Assembly (NCBI RefSeq): GCF_947568905.1
Contig: NC_079172.1
Coordinates: 29,388,001-29,452,000, forward strand
Direction: 5' to 3'
From: Ostrea edulis
Taxonomy: Eukaryota
Length of the DNA stretch: 64,000 nt
Part shown: positions 47,300 through 60,221 of the stretch, piece after piece
Layout of the letters: each line of letters starts with the position of its first letter
Position numbering within the stretch: the stretch's first letter is position 1
The notes under the pieces: generated by a model
The model's database searches: none
Told to the model about the DNA's origin: nothing
What the model saw: the letters and a program-made list of their open reading frames with translations, nothing else
Program-made: the position numbers and the translations under genes

Positions 47300-49800
47300 G
47301 TGAATCATACAAAACATGTGAATCATTTAGAACTCCTATAACACAAGTGAATCACTCAAAACTCCCACAACACATGTGAATCATTCAAAACTCCCACAAG
47401 TGAATCACTCAAAACTCCCACATGTGAGCTCGAAATAAAGGACACCACAGAGTCGTCCATTTCTGCTTCATACTTAGATATTTTATTGAAAGTAGACATT
47501 AACGGCAAACTAACAACTCAACTGTATGACAAACGGGATGATTTCAGCTTCTCCATCGTCAACTTCCCACATTTATGTAGCAATATTCCATTATCACCTG
47601 CATATGGTGTTTATATATCTCAACTGATTCGATATGCAAGAGCTTGTTCTGGGTATAGTAAGTTTTTAAATCGAGGTAAGCTACTGACAAACAAGTTGAT
47701 GGTACAGGGATTTCAACAGTCTCGATTGAAGTCAGCATTTCGCAAATTCTATGGTCGTTATAACGATCTAGTTCGTCAATACAACCTCGCATTGGGTCAA
47801 ATGCTGTCTGACGTGTTTCATACCGATTGTTAAGCCGTTCTTGGCACACTGATTTGACTGCGGATAACTCCGTTTACCTGATCAGGATATGGGGCTCACG
47901 GCGGGTGTGACCGGTCAACAGGGGATGCTTACTCCTCCTAGGCACCTGATCCCACCTCTGGTGTGTCCAGGGGTCCGTGTTTGCCCAAGTATCTATTTTG
48001 TATTGCTTGTAGGAGTTATGGGATTGATCACTGTTCGTTATCTTCACCTTGCATTCAAAATTCCCACAACACATGTGAATCACTCAAAAACTCCCAGATG
48101 TGAATCACTCAAAACTCCCACAAGATGTGAATCATACAAAACTCCCACAACAAGTGAATCATTCAAAACCCCCACAAGTGAATCATTCAAAACTCCCACA
48201 ACAAATGAATAATTCAAACCCCCCACAAGTGAATCATTCAAAACTCCCACAAGATGTGAATCATTCAAAACTCCCACAACAAGTGAATCATTCAAAACTC
48301 CCACAACAAATGAATAATTCAAAACCCCCACAAGTGAATCATTCAAAACTCCCACAAGTGAATCACTCAAAACTCCCACATGTGAATCATTCAAAACTCC
48401 CACAACAAGTGAATCATTCAAAACCCCCACAAGTGAATCATTCAAAACTCCCACAACAAATGAATAATTCAAAAGCCCACAAGTGAATAATTCAAAACCC
48501 CCACAAGTGAATCATTCAAAACTCCCATAACACAAGTAAATCACTCAAAACTCCCACAACAAGTGAATCATTCAAAACCCTCACAAGTGAATCATTCAAA
48601 ACTCCCACATGTGAATCATTCAAAACTCCCACATGTGAATCATTCAAAACTCCCACAACACATGTGAATCATTCAAAACTCCCACAACAAGTGAATCATT
48701 CAAAACCCCCACAAGTGAATCATTCAAAACCCCCACAAGTGAATCATTCAAAACTCCCACAACAAATGAATAATTCAAAACCCCCACAAGTGAATCATTC
48801 AAAACTCCCACAAGATGTGAATCATTCAAAACTCCCACAACAAGTAAATCACTCAAAACTCCCACAACAAATGAATCATCCAAAACTCCCACAAGATGTG
48901 AATCACTCAAAACTCCCACAACAAGTGAATCACTCAAAACTCCCACAACAAATGAATCATCCAAAACTCCCACAAGATGTGAATCACTCAAAACTCCCAC
49001 AACAAGTGAATCATTCAAAACTCCCACAACAAGTGAATCATTCAAAAACTCCCATAACATGTGAATCACTCAAAAACTCCCAGATGTGAATCACTCAAAA
49101 CTCCCACAAGATGTGAATCATTCAAAACTCCCACAACAAGTGAATCATTCAAAACCCCCACAAGTGAATCATTCAAAACTTCCACAACAAATGAGTCATT
49201 CAAAACTCCCACAACAAGTGAATCATTCAAAACTCCCACAAGATGTGAATCATTCAAAACTCCCACAACACATGTGAATCATTCAAAACTCCCACAACAA
49301 GTAAATCACTCAAAACTCCCACAACAAGTGAATCATTCAAAACTCCCACAAGTGAATCATTCAAAACTCATTCAAAACTCCCACAACAAGTGAATCATTC
49401 AAAACTCCCATAACACAAGTAAATCACTCAAAACTCCCACAACACAAGTAAATCACTCAAAACTCCCACAACAAATGAATCATCCAAAACCCCCACAAGT
49501 GAATCATTCAAAACTCCCATAACACAAGTAAATCACTCAAAACTCCCACAACAAGTGAATCATTCAAAACTCCCACAACAAGTGAATCATTCAAAACTCC
49601 CACAACAAGTAAATCACTCAAAACTCCCACAACAAGTGAATCATTCAAAACTCCCATAACACAAGTAAATCACTCAAAACTCCCATAACACAAGTAAATC
49701 ACTCAAAACTCCCACAACAAGTGAATCATTCAAAACTCCCACAACAAGTGAATCATTCAAAAACTCCCATAACATGTTAATCATTCAAAATTCCCACAAT
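47300..49800. repeat. 24-27 bp minisatellite (GTGAATCATTCAAAACTCCCACAACAA)
   Basis: Dozens of tandem copies. The periodic ORFs 48080-49393 are translations of this repeat. Confidence 0.97.
47426..48054 (+). mobile_element. 5'-truncated Penelope-like element (Naiad-like: ORF ends after the RT thumb)
   Basis: ELEIKDTT...SASYLDI...LYDKRDDFSFSIVNFP...NIPLSPAYGVYISQLIRYARAC...DC* (stop 47833), then a GC-rich 3' UTR. It is inserted in the minisatellite without a clear TSD. Confidence 0.75.
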
Positions 49801-49989
49801 GTAAGATCTATAAGGCCCACATGATATATGGTAAGTAACCTGGACTAAAAACCATTAATTAATGCACGCAATGAGGAATACATGCGTATATATATATTTT
49901 TTTTTTTATAAAACTTGAAGTAGTTAATTGTGAAGTTTTAAAAATGTCCACCAGTCAGTATAAGTCACTAAAAGTAACTGCAATTCTTC

Positions 49990-50582
49990 AATACCAAAAT
50001 ATCCAAGTATCTATATTTCCTCCAATACCAAAATATCCAAGTATCTATATTTCCTCCAATACCAAAATATCCTAGTATCTATATTTCCTCAAACACCAAA
50101 ATATCCAAGTATCTATAATTCCCCACGACCAAAATATCCAAGTATCTATAATCCCCTAAGACCAAAATATCCAAGTATCTATATTTCCTCAAACACCAAA
50201 ATATCCAAGTATCTATATTTCCTCAAACACCAAAATATCCAAGTATCTATATTTCCTCAAACACCAAAATATCCAAGTATCTATATTTCCTCAAACACCA
50301 AAATATCCAAGTATCTATAATTCCCCACGACCAAAATATCCAAGTATCTATATTTCCTCAAACACCAAAATATCCAAGTATCTATATTTCCTCAAACACC
50401 AAAATATCCAAATATCTATATTTCCTCAAACACCAAAATATCCAAGTATCTATAATCCCCCACGACCAAAATATCCAAGTATCTATATTTCCTCAAACAC
50501 CAAAATATCCAAGTATCTATATTTCCTCAAACACCAAAATATCCAAGTATCTATATTTCCTCAAACACCAAAATATCCAAGA
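49990..50582. repeat. 34-bp minisatellite (ACCAAAATATCCAAGTATCTATATTTCCTCAAAC)
   Basis: About 17 tandem copies. Confidence 0.95.
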
Positions 50583-50852
50583 AAAACAAAACCAGCAAGT
50601 GACATAAAATGTTTCTTTTATTGCAGAAAACAAATATATATATGATTTTCAATATTTTATATAATATCTATATAATCTTTTCTCTCATTTATCTGTCTGA
50701 GAATATGTTTTACACTGCAGGACCACAATGTAGACTAGACATTTGATGCTTTTCAAAATTGTGCTATCCTGTTTGAATAAAGGAATTTATCATCATGATT
50801 ATATATCTTAGCTGCAAGGCACATATATATGTAGAAATGATAAACAGGAAGA

Positions 50853-51107
50853 TTGATTGTATATTGTTTAACGTCTCTCTCTCAAGAATATTTCACTCAT
50901 ATGGAGACATTGCTGGTGAAGGGCTGCAAAATTTAGGCCTATGCTCGACACTTATGGTTTTAGAGCAGGAAGGGATCTTTATCGTGCCACACTTGCTGTG
51001 ACACAGACCTCGGTTATTGCGGTCTCATCCGAAGGACCACCCCATTTAGTCGCCTCTTACGACAAGCAAGGGGAAGTGAGGACTTATTCTAACCCGGGTC
51101 CCCACAG
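50853..51107 (-). mobile_element. SINE-like retroposon without tRNA head, family B copy 1
   Basis: 14-bp TSD GATAAACAGGAAGA (50839-52, 51108-21), (CAAT)n tail, and GTCGTAAGAGGCGACTAA motif near the 5' end. Confidence 0.85.
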
Positions 51108-51211
51108 GATAAACAGGAAGACAATATAGTGAGGAGTAACAGACTACATGTACTTCATGCAGAGGGAACTCATTCCATAATTCCAAATAACTTTAATTTG
51201 GCACGAAAAAT

Positions 51212-51465
51212 GTAGTTCCCAAGAAAAATGTGATACAGATTTGACATTTTCACAGACTATTGGTGTTCCCAAGAAAAATGTGATAGATTTGACATTTTCA
51301 CTGACTATTGATGTTCACAAGAAAAATGTGATACAGGTTTCACATTTTCAGATATTGATGTTCCCAAGAAAAATGTGATACAGGTTTCACATTTTCACAG
51401 ACCATTGATGTTCCCAAGAAAAATGTGATACAGATTTCACATTTTCAGACTATTGATGTTCCATG
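51212..51465. repeat. ~50-bp minisatellite (GTTCCCAAGAAAAATGTGATACAG...)
   Basis: About 5 tandem copies. Confidence 0.9.
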
Positions 51466-51499
51466 ATACAAGACATGAATCAATGCTGAAATGTTTCCA

Positions 51500-51748
51500 G
51501 ACAGTGCTATAAATACATACTTTTTATAATGCAGTGCTATAAATACATCCTTTTTATCGTGCAGTGCTATAAATACATCCTTTTTATCGTGCAGTGCTAT
51601 AAATACATACTTTTTATTGTGCAGTGCTATAAATACATACTTTTTATCGTGTAGTGCTATGAATGCATACTTTTTATCGTGCAGTGCTATGAGTGCATAC
51701 TTTTTATTGTGCAGTGCTAGGAATACATACTTTTTATCATGCAGTGCT
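51500..51748. repeat. 30-bp minisatellite (GCAGTGCTATAAATACATACTTTTTATCGT)
   Basis: About 8 tandem copies. Confidence 0.92.
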
Positions 51749-52344
51749 TGCTGACTTTGGAATAAGGCAATGTTCTAGCTCACAATGGGAGAAAAAATAC
51801 AGTGTCATATAATATAATTCACCAAGAGGAGGTCTCACAAAAGATGCAGATCATCATAAATTACTGAGAAAATTGTGACGAAAAGTTTATTTTTGAACAG
51901 AGCACATCATGTAGGCCTATGTGTTTCTGACAAGGAGGAAGTAAGAAATCAAAAAATGCAAAACCACGTCATGGAGTATGGATTCGCAATTTCAAGACAT
52001 TGTGAATTTCTGAGACATTACAAATCAGCAAAGCCTTGCTATGACATTGTGAAGACAGTGACCTTGTAATTAAATTCACCCAGAGGAAACTGTGTCATTT
52101 ATCAATCATGTTCACAAACCTGGGATTTTTGGACCACTCTGCTCCTGCTGTGGGGACATATGCACTAACGGATGGACAAGCTGATCACGATTGGGCTTGA
52201 AGGGTACTATTGAACCAGGGAATCCTATCATACATCGGTGTTTGTTGCAGACAAGGATGCCATCGTATATTGACTAAAATGTGATGATCGATTGTTATTT
52301 ACATCAGACCTGTATAATGATCATTGTCCTGAGTTTTATTCAGA

Positions 52345-53675
52345 GTGTTAGTGAGTTTTCCATGATTTTTGTCAGCATTTAGAGTGTCAGTGAGATTTCC
52401 CTCAACATTCAGAGTGTCAGTGAGATTTCCCTCAGAATTCAGAGTGTCAGTGAGATTTCCCTCAGCATTTAGAGTGTCAGTGAGATTTCCCTCAGCATTC
52501 AGAGTGTCAGTGAGATTTCCCTCAACATTCAGAGTGTCAGTGAGATTTCCCTCACCATTCAGAGTGTCAGTGAGATTTCCCTCAACATTCAGAGTGTCAG
52601 TGAGATTTCCCTCAACATTCAGAGTGTCAGTGAGATTTCCCTCAGCATTCAGAGTGTCAGTAAGATTTCCCTCAGCATTCAGAGTGTCAGTGAGATTTCC
52701 CTCACCATTCAGAGTGTCAGTGAGATTTCCCTCAACATTCAGAGTATCAGTGAGATTTCCCTCAGCATTCAGAGTGTCAGTGAGATTTCCCTCAGCATTC
52801 AGAGTGTCAGTGAGATTTCCCTCAGCATTCAGAGTGTCAGTGAGATTTCCCTCAGCATTCAGAGTGTCAGTGAGATTTCCCTCAACATTCAGAGTGTCAG
52901 TAAGATTTCCCTTAGCATTCAGTCAGAGTGTCAATGAGATTTCCCTCTGAATTCAGAGTGTCAGTGAGATTGCCCTCAGAGTTTAAAGTGTCAGTGAGAT
53001 TTCCTTTAGCATTTAGAGTGTCACAGAGATTTCCCTTAGAATTCAGAGTGTCACAGAGATTTCCCTCAGCATTTAAAGTATCAGAGAGATTTCCCCCAGC
53101 ATTTAGAGTGTCAGTGAGATTTCCTTTAAGCATTCAGAGTGTCACTGCATGAGATTTCCCTCAGAATTCAGAGTGTCATAGAGATTTCCCTCAGTATTTA
53201 GAGTGTCAGAGAGATTTCCCTCAGCTTTATAGTGTCATTGAGATTTCCCTCAGCTTTGGGGTGTAAGTGATATTTCCCACATCAGTGTCAGAGAGATTTC
53301 CCCTAGCATTCAGTGTCAGAAAGATTTCCCTCAGAATTCAGAGTGTCAGAAAGATTTCCCTCAACATTTAGAGTGTCAGAGAAATTTCCCTCAGCATTTA
53401 TATTGTCAGTGAGATTTCCCTCAGCATTTATATTGTCAATGAGATTTCCCTCAGCATTTAGAGTGTCAGTGAGATTTCTCTCAGCTTTTACGTGTATATT
53501 GTCAGTGAGATTTCCCTCAACATTTATATTGTCAGTGAGATTTCCCTCAGCATTTATATTGTCAATGAGATTTCCCTCAGCATTTAGAGTGTCAGTGAGA
53601 TTTCTCTCAGCTTTTACGTGTATATTGTCAGCGAGATTTCCCTCAACATTTATATTGTCAGTGAGATTCAGAGTT
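52345..53675. repeat. 30-bp minisatellite (AGAGTGTCAGTGAGATTTCCCTCAGCATTC)
   Basis: About 40 copies, with decayed copies again at ~54430-54570. ORFs 52369-53794 are repeat translations. Confidence 0.97.
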
Positions 53676-53834
53676 GTCGAAAAATGTCGGTCCAAATGAC
53701 CGTTTGAAAATATCGGGTGTGATCCGATTATTTTAGAGCTCACGTTCAAAATGCGAAAGTGAAGGTCACTCAAACAACATGGCCACACGGCCAATCAAAT
53801 TTATGAAAGGTTCTCTACCCGGGAAGGAAAGACT

Positions 53835-54120
53835 GGTCGTGGTAGCTCAGTGGTAGACCATTCGTTTCGTACCTGGAAGGTCGTGAGTTTGAGTTCTGCT
53901 AGGCCACGTCAAACCTGAGATGTAAATATATCCTCGCCAAACGCTTGGCATTTATCAGTGAGAGTTACAGGTCTTTTGGATATGACCTCCAATGTTGCGG
54001 CAGGTTTTAAGTTACACGTTAAAGAACCCTCACTACTACAGTCTTGAGTCAAAGTACAAAGGATAGGTCTAAATTTGTGGTGTTTTACCTACAGCTGGTC
54101 ACGTTTCAATATGAGGGGGA
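53835..54120 (+). mobile_element. Diverged tRNA-derived SINE (family C)
   Basis: GGTAGCTCAGTGGTAGA...GGTCGTGAGTTTGAGT head, followed by an ACGTTAAAGAACCC body motif. Confidence 0.6.
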
Positions 54121-55052
54121 AATTCCTGATGGGACAAACAACTTTGTAAGAAAAGAAAAAAATGCTGAACTTGGAACACTTAGAAAATTACGAAGGTTTC
54201 CGTGGTGTTCATGAGTTCCAAGATGGTTGGAAAACTTACCGTATTTGGCTGGATATTATGAGTGGGGGATGCATTGCTGTTAAAACAATAAAAGGCATTT
54301 TGGTGCAGTTTTCTTCGTTCTTTCTATGCAATACAAGGTACATGTATCTGGTCTGACAAAACTTTGTCTGGTCTGACAGAACATAACTCTGTCAGACCAA
54401 ATGTCTGACAGTGATTTAAAAATTTGACAACTCTGGAGATTCCCCTCAGCTTAAACATGTAAGTGATATTTCCCACATCATTAGAGTGTCGGAGAAATTT
54501 CTGTTATAACATAGAATGTCAGAGATTTTTATCACAACTTAGAGTGTCAGCGAGATTTCCTTCAACAAATTAGATTCATTCAATGAATGAGTAGATCTGT
54601 ATATACCTGTAAGGATCAAGCTGCACATAATCTTGTGATAAACTGATGATGAAAGACCAGTGATGGCAGCACCAATGAAAGTTCAGAGTCTGAGAATAAA
54701 TACACTGGATACTTGTAATGTTCCAACAAGATTCCGCAGGGTGTGCAGGAGTTACAGTCTGCACGTCAATAACATGTAGATATCAATGTTACAAGGTAAT
54801 TACTAAATGGCAAGGATGCTTATAGGTACTGCTGCACTCCCTGATACAAGGTAATTATTAAACGGCAAGAATGCTTATGGGTACTGCTGCACTCCCTGAT
54901 AGCTACAGTTATGTAAAGGGTATACAGTTTTAAGTTTTAATAATGGCCGGAGTAAGTTAACATTAACTAAAGGAAAACTCCATCCTTATGTCAACAGAAA
55001 GCTCAGCACTGAATTGTACATGTATTGCTGTTAGACAGTTTATATCCACTTT

Positions 55053-55150
55053 GGCTAGATAGGTCAGTTAATAGATCACCTGACTTGAGATTCAGGGGCT
55101 CGGTTTCGAATCCCAGCCTGGTCCGTTTCATTTTCTCCCTTCCTGTTACA
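55053..55150 (+). mobile_element. Short tRNA-like SINE (~100 bp); partial inverted copy at 56866-56923
   Basis: GGTTTCGAATCCCAGCCTGGTC...TTTTCTCCCTTCCTGTTACA. The reverse complement of its 3' half is at 56866-56923. Confidence 0.6.
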
Positions 55151-55529
55151 CATGTTCATGTAATATTATGATCAGAGTGAGAGTGTCAGACAAGATCAAA
55201 ATACCAATGAGCAGAGCCAGACAGTCAGATTATTATTAATCCTAAAATAATGTATATTACTAAAAATCAATGGGCCTGATCACACATAGAGACTACAGTG
55301 AATGACATATATGCCTATACCAAGTTGTAAATAAATTGGGCGGGGCATATGTGATCACTTTGCTATCGAGTTTATTGAACAAATACAAATATGACGATAT
55401 AGATCGCATTTTAAACGCCTGATAATAAAATATTTTACCTGATCTCATTAAAGAACCGTTAAACTCTTGTTGTCAATAGCATTTCATTTCACAATGATAT
55501 AACTGCACATCGAGGGCATATGTCACTCT

Positions 55530-55600
55530 TCTCTGATCCGGAAGTCAATATGCGCAGATGCCAATTCATGTGACATGCACTTCCGTTCACGTACATGAAA
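55530..55600. promoter_or_regulatory. Candidate bidirectional promoter (GCC2-like gene / ZNF gene)
   Basis: Opposed ETS sites CCGGAAGT (~55538) and ACTTCCG (~55579) with TGCGCA between them, ~100 bp upstream of the GCC2-like ATG. A minus-strand donor CAG|GTAAAA at 55438 could end a non-coding first ZNF exon. Confidence 0.55.
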
Positions 55601-55673
55601 ATTCTGACAAGTTGGAAACTGCTGTTTTCTACCGAAATGTAACTAATCTAGTGATAATAAGAATATTTTGGAA

Positions 55674-55679
55674 ATGGCA
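55674..55679 (+). CDS. GCC2: GCC2-like golgin, putative first coding mini-exon (ATG GCA|GTAAGT)
   Basis: Phase-0 consensus donor that joins in frame to exon 57328. Only 2 codons, so the assignment is inferred. Confidence 0.6.
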
Positions 55680-55997
55680 GTAAGTTTTAATAATAGTTAT
55701 ATAAGTACCATTGAGGGTATTCAACGTACAATCTCTATATCTGCATGCAACACTATTTCAATTTTCAGACGCTTGAGCTTTGAGTTTGACGAGTCGCTCG
55801 ACACTCCGTGGCTCGTAATGTGTGGTCAGATTTCCGTGTAAGCAACGAAAATATTTTGCTATTAAGATTAAGGTTAATGCTTTCTCATGAATATATTTGG
55901 TACACGTAAAGTTATTCTGCACTTCTGACATTGATCGCCAGGATCCCTGTCTGTAAATTCAGGGTGTCTGAACATTCAGAAGGATTCTAATGATATA

Positions 55998-56830
55998 CCG
56001 TATATACTCGCCTATAAGTCGGATTTTTGGGAGTCAATTTTTGGTACAAAACTCTATGTCCGACTTATAGGCACGTACTAAGAAGATTGGTATTTTTCTG
56101 GGCGGCGTAATGTAGTGTTTTTTAAACAACTCCGACGATTATCATGGACTACCACACAAATGATTATTGTTCACATATACTAGACATATTGTGTTGCTTA
56201 TGTATTTTAAAATTATGTATAAAGTACAAGTATTTACATATTTTTATCTAGTTAAAATTTATTTACATACCGGTAACTAATACTTTCAATTCAACTAATC
56301 TATCGTTTATTGGTAAAATTGCATTACGAACCAGATTTAATATTGAAATATTCATATGTATACCGGCTGAATTATATTTCATAAAAGATTGAATATTGTT
56401 AACAGATAATTTAGATCATCATTCTTGACTCTTAAAAACTGTATTGTTGATACAATGAATTATACCGGAATTCCACAATAACAGTTTTCGCGAGGCACGT
56501 GTCACTAAGTAAACACGGTGTCAGGTACTGGTAATTAGGAGACCATCATTGCTTAGGTAAACAAGGGATCATTGCCCATAATAGATCAAGGGTTGCGTTT
56601 AAACCCCAAACAGATATGGCTTGGATATTGAGCACCTCATAATTATTAATTTCTCAAAATATTTTTTGAAACATAGGTAAAAACACTAGAGCATTGACTT
56701 GAAATTGTCAACCGATTCTGACAAAAATTTGTACCGACTTATAAGCGGGTCAATGGCAAATTCCTACAAAATAACCTTAAAAAATACTACCGACTTATAG
56801 GCGGACTGACTTATAGACGAGTATATACGG
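55998..56830. mobile_element. 833-bp non-autonomous Tc1/pogo-type MITE
   Basis: TIR CCGTATATACTCG(C/T)CTATAAGTC, TA at 55996-97 and 56831-32, subterminal CCGACTTATA repeats. Confidence 0.88.
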
Positions 56831-57327
56831 TAAGATAAAAGTGGTACTGACTTAGAGATTAAATCTGTAACAGGAAGGGAGAAAACGTAACAGACCAGAC
56901 CGGGATTCGAACCCGGGCCCCTAGTCTCGGCAATGCAACATTAATAATGATAGAGTTAGTTGAACAGTCAAATCACTTATTTGAAGCAAACAGCGGTGTC
57001 ACCTAAGTGCACATTAATTGCTAGAACCGGCCGAAGCTGAGAGTAAATTTCCAGACATGAATTATGAAGGACTGCTCCGAGATTCGGTGAAGGCGTCAGT
57101 CCAAATATTCAGCCAAGCCGAATCTGAGCCGAGATTCTTATAACATGTTGACACTTATTTTAAAGTGATATTTATTCCCCTATGAGAGGAAAATAATGAG
57201 ATTTTTATTGGGTATAAAGGGTGTTTGGTTATAAAGAACTATCTTTTTTATTAACTTTTGAAGTTCGCTAAAACCTTGTTTTGCTTTATTGTTAAGCAAT
57301 ACTTACAGAGTGCTTGTTTATTGATAG

Positions 57328-57387
57328 GAACATCCTCCAGATGGGACTCCCTCGGAGTCCGAGGCAAAGAGTCCCGCGGGATCAAAG
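57328..57387 (+). CDS. GCC2: GCC2-like golgin exon (EHPPDGTPSESEAKSPAGSK)
   Basis: AG/GT boundaries, 60 nt, joins to LDNLSRED giving GSKLDNLSREDL. Confidence 0.78.
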
Positions 57388-58538
57388 GTAACTAGTTACG
57401 AGACTGAATTCTTATCAACTTACTTTATCCAATCATGTTGAATAATAAGTGAGTATTGAGCATGTTTAGCATTCATTGCCCTGTGACTGCCATCCCTGAC
57501 AGAATTACAGCTGCAGTTTTGCTGGTTACAAGAATTTTACATGTATTGTTAAAGGGGATTCAGAGTATGCTGTAAACACAAAGCTGTTCTACTTAAGTTA
57601 TGCTTTACTCCGTGCTACAAGACAAGCATATTCCATCTAAAGAAATCAAAAAAGATAAAGATGCAGTGTTGTGCTTTACACAGCTTTTGGGACTGTCTTT
57701 TTTCTCCCTAAAAGTCAGTATTCATGCAGTAAAATGACCAAGTCCAAAGTTGTAGCACTAGTTAATGCCAAGAAAAGAAATTATCATAAAAGCACCAATA
57801 TGGACTCTTAAAGGACACTCACCACACCAGAATCAGATACATATAAATGAAATGAGGATCTCACTAATGAAAAAAATTGATCCACAGAAGATTATAACTC
57901 TTGGGGGGGGGGGGGGGGGGGGGGGGAATCAATGATATATCAAAATATTAGGTGCGCATGTATTGTATGCTCCAAAACTAATTGATATTTCTCGTGACAT
58001 TGTCCAGTGTTTCAATGGGAGCTTTGTAATATGTTTTTACCATCCTCTTATATACATCAGGGATCTGTAAGTATTTTGATTTAGAATAGATTGGTAAGCA
58101 TGGTAAGGTTTTTGGTTGATGAGTTTGATCTCTTGATGTTAAGTATATAGAAATGACATTAAATTGCCACTTTCATGCAGAAGAAATTTATTTCATATGT
58201 CTTGAATTAGAAACCCGTACAGACTTTTGTAAACTAGCTTTTTAGAAAAAAGTTGTCAGTATTGATAATGTGAATGAGAACCTGGGACATTTATGACAAC
58301 ATCTCAGAACAAGTGTAGAAATGACTGTACGACATTTACAAGTTACTCTATTGTACAGAAACTTTCATTGTTGAGGAATCTCACTCAAAAGATATTGTAC
58401 TGTTATGAATATTTGCACAAAACCTTGCATATTTTTGTTTTTTCTTCAAATGAACAAATGTATGATTTTGCCTCAATAATAACTTCAATTTGCAACATTA
58501 ACATATATAACCATGGTAATATTACATGTAGTTGACGT

Positions 58539-58812
58539 CCCATGGGGATCGAGGTTAGAATAGGCCCTCAGTACCTCTAATGTTTGTCGTAAGAGGCGAC
58601 TAAATGGGGCTGTCTTTTGAATGAGACCGCAAAAAGCAAGACCCCTTGTCACAGCAGATGTGGCACGATAAAGATCCCCCACTGCTCAATTGCCGTAAGC
58701 ATTAAGTATAGGACTAAATTTTGCAGCCCTTCACAAGCGATGGTGACATCTCCATTTGAGTGAAAAATTCTTGGGAGGGATGTTAAACAATTTTCAATCA
58801 ATCAACCAACCA
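58539..58812 (+). mobile_element. SINE-like retroposon family B copy 2
   Basis: Reverse-complement homologue of 50853-51107, with a CAAT/CAAC tail. Confidence 0.85.
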
Positions 58813-60136
58813 TCTGTTGACACATTTGAGTATGTATAAGCCTTAAATAAAGACACTGTAAGCAGCTAAAGTACAGTAATTTATACACTATGTATTTGTA
58901 TTATGATTTAAGTGTATTTCATGCACAGTTTGGCTAGACTTAATTAACTAGATGCAAAGCATGAGTTGTGCATGGCTTGTAAATTCCTGTTCAGGTTAAT
59001 ACATCATCGCAAGCTATGGATGAAACATATGCTCCTCTTCCCTATCACCCATGACTCTCTGCATTACAATTTCTTCCGTTTCCGTTTCTCATAAATATGC
59101 ATGACGAGAATGTCGTGATCCGTTATAAGTCAAACAGCTATAATGGATGTGGCAATGAAAACATATTCTATCTGCACTATCTGCACTGAAATTATAGTAA
59201 ACAAAAAGTCCTACAGATCGATGACATCTGAACAGTTTCACTTTCACGGTTTATTTCTTATATATGTCTACTTGTTCCAAAAAAGGGGGGTTACCAATAC
59301 ACAACACTCGTCATTATTCTCCAAATATTTCATGAGAAACACTGGGTAGTATAAAGACTTCTCACCGCCTATTCTTAGTGACAGAAAAACATTATGATCC
59401 TCATAAATGCACCTTCATAACTGCCAATGTTAAACACGTGTGTACACGATGATTTTACGTTTGTTAGTAGAATAAAAGCATTCTGATTGGTCAGAGTAAT
59501 ATAATGCATTCTATAAACAGGTTAAATCTCTGATTAAGTCTTGCTCGGAAGCTCAGCGATTGGCCGAATCATGTCATGCATATTTATGAGAAACGAAGAA
59601 ATTGTCATGCATAGAGCCAGGAATGAAAGGGAAGAGGATCGAGCATACTTTTCAGCCGTGGCGTGCGACGTTGAGGTTAATAAGAATTACAGGTACCTGT
59701 TACAGGTGTTGTAAGCATGGACATTTACAACAACAAAAGGCACCTATTACAGGTGTTGTAAGCATAATGATTTACAACAATTATTAATCTAATTAAATTA
59801 ATTTAACCATCCATGATTGCTGCACAAAGGGATATAATATATGGGGCATGAAGGATGTAATTTTAATTAGATTGACCACCTATAAGTACCTGTTACGGTT
59901 TCTGTATCTAGTAATCTGTAACAGCTATAGATGTCTGTTGTTACAGGTTCTCTAAGCATGGTAATTCATAAGACTAGTGTTTAATTTGACCATTTGAATG
60001 ATATTGAAAATTTTAAAAAGAAAAGGTTAACAGAATGAGATATTTTCTAACTAACATTACATGAGCAATGTCGTGTTTTTGAGTGAATTTTCATTAAGTG
60101 TGGACTAAGTAGTGATGTGATGTTGTAATGTTCTAG

Positions 60137-60221
60137 CTGGACAATCTATCCCGGGAAGATTTGACAAAGTTTGTTAAGAAACAGATGCTTCTTCTGCAGA
60201 AAACCAGGGCAAAATGTGAAG
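60137..60221 (+). CDS. GCC2: GCC2-like golgin exon (LDNLSREDLTKFVKKQMLLLQKTRAKCE)
   Basis: Matches my recollection of the conserved N-terminal motif of GCC2/GCC185 (KLETLPKEDLIKFAKKQMMLIQKAKSRC). AG/GT boundaries. Confidence 0.85.

Noticed and set aside
47870-48054. Hammerhead or HDV ribozyme in the PLE 3' UTR
   Set aside because: There is no CUGANGA/GAAA core and no P1 partner for an HDV fold.
48080-49393. Periodic ORFs (VNHSKLPQQ / VGVLNDSL repeats)
   Set aside because: These are translations of a 24-27 bp minisatellite, open on both strands, with no splice or start context.
51760-52300. Possible decayed coding fragment (ORF 51875..52069)
   Set aside because: I found no recognisable motif or consistent frame.
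52369-53794. Periodic ORFs (FPSAFRVSVR / NLTDTLNAEG)
   Set aside because: A 30-bp unit keeps the frame open by chance. It lies in a putative intron.
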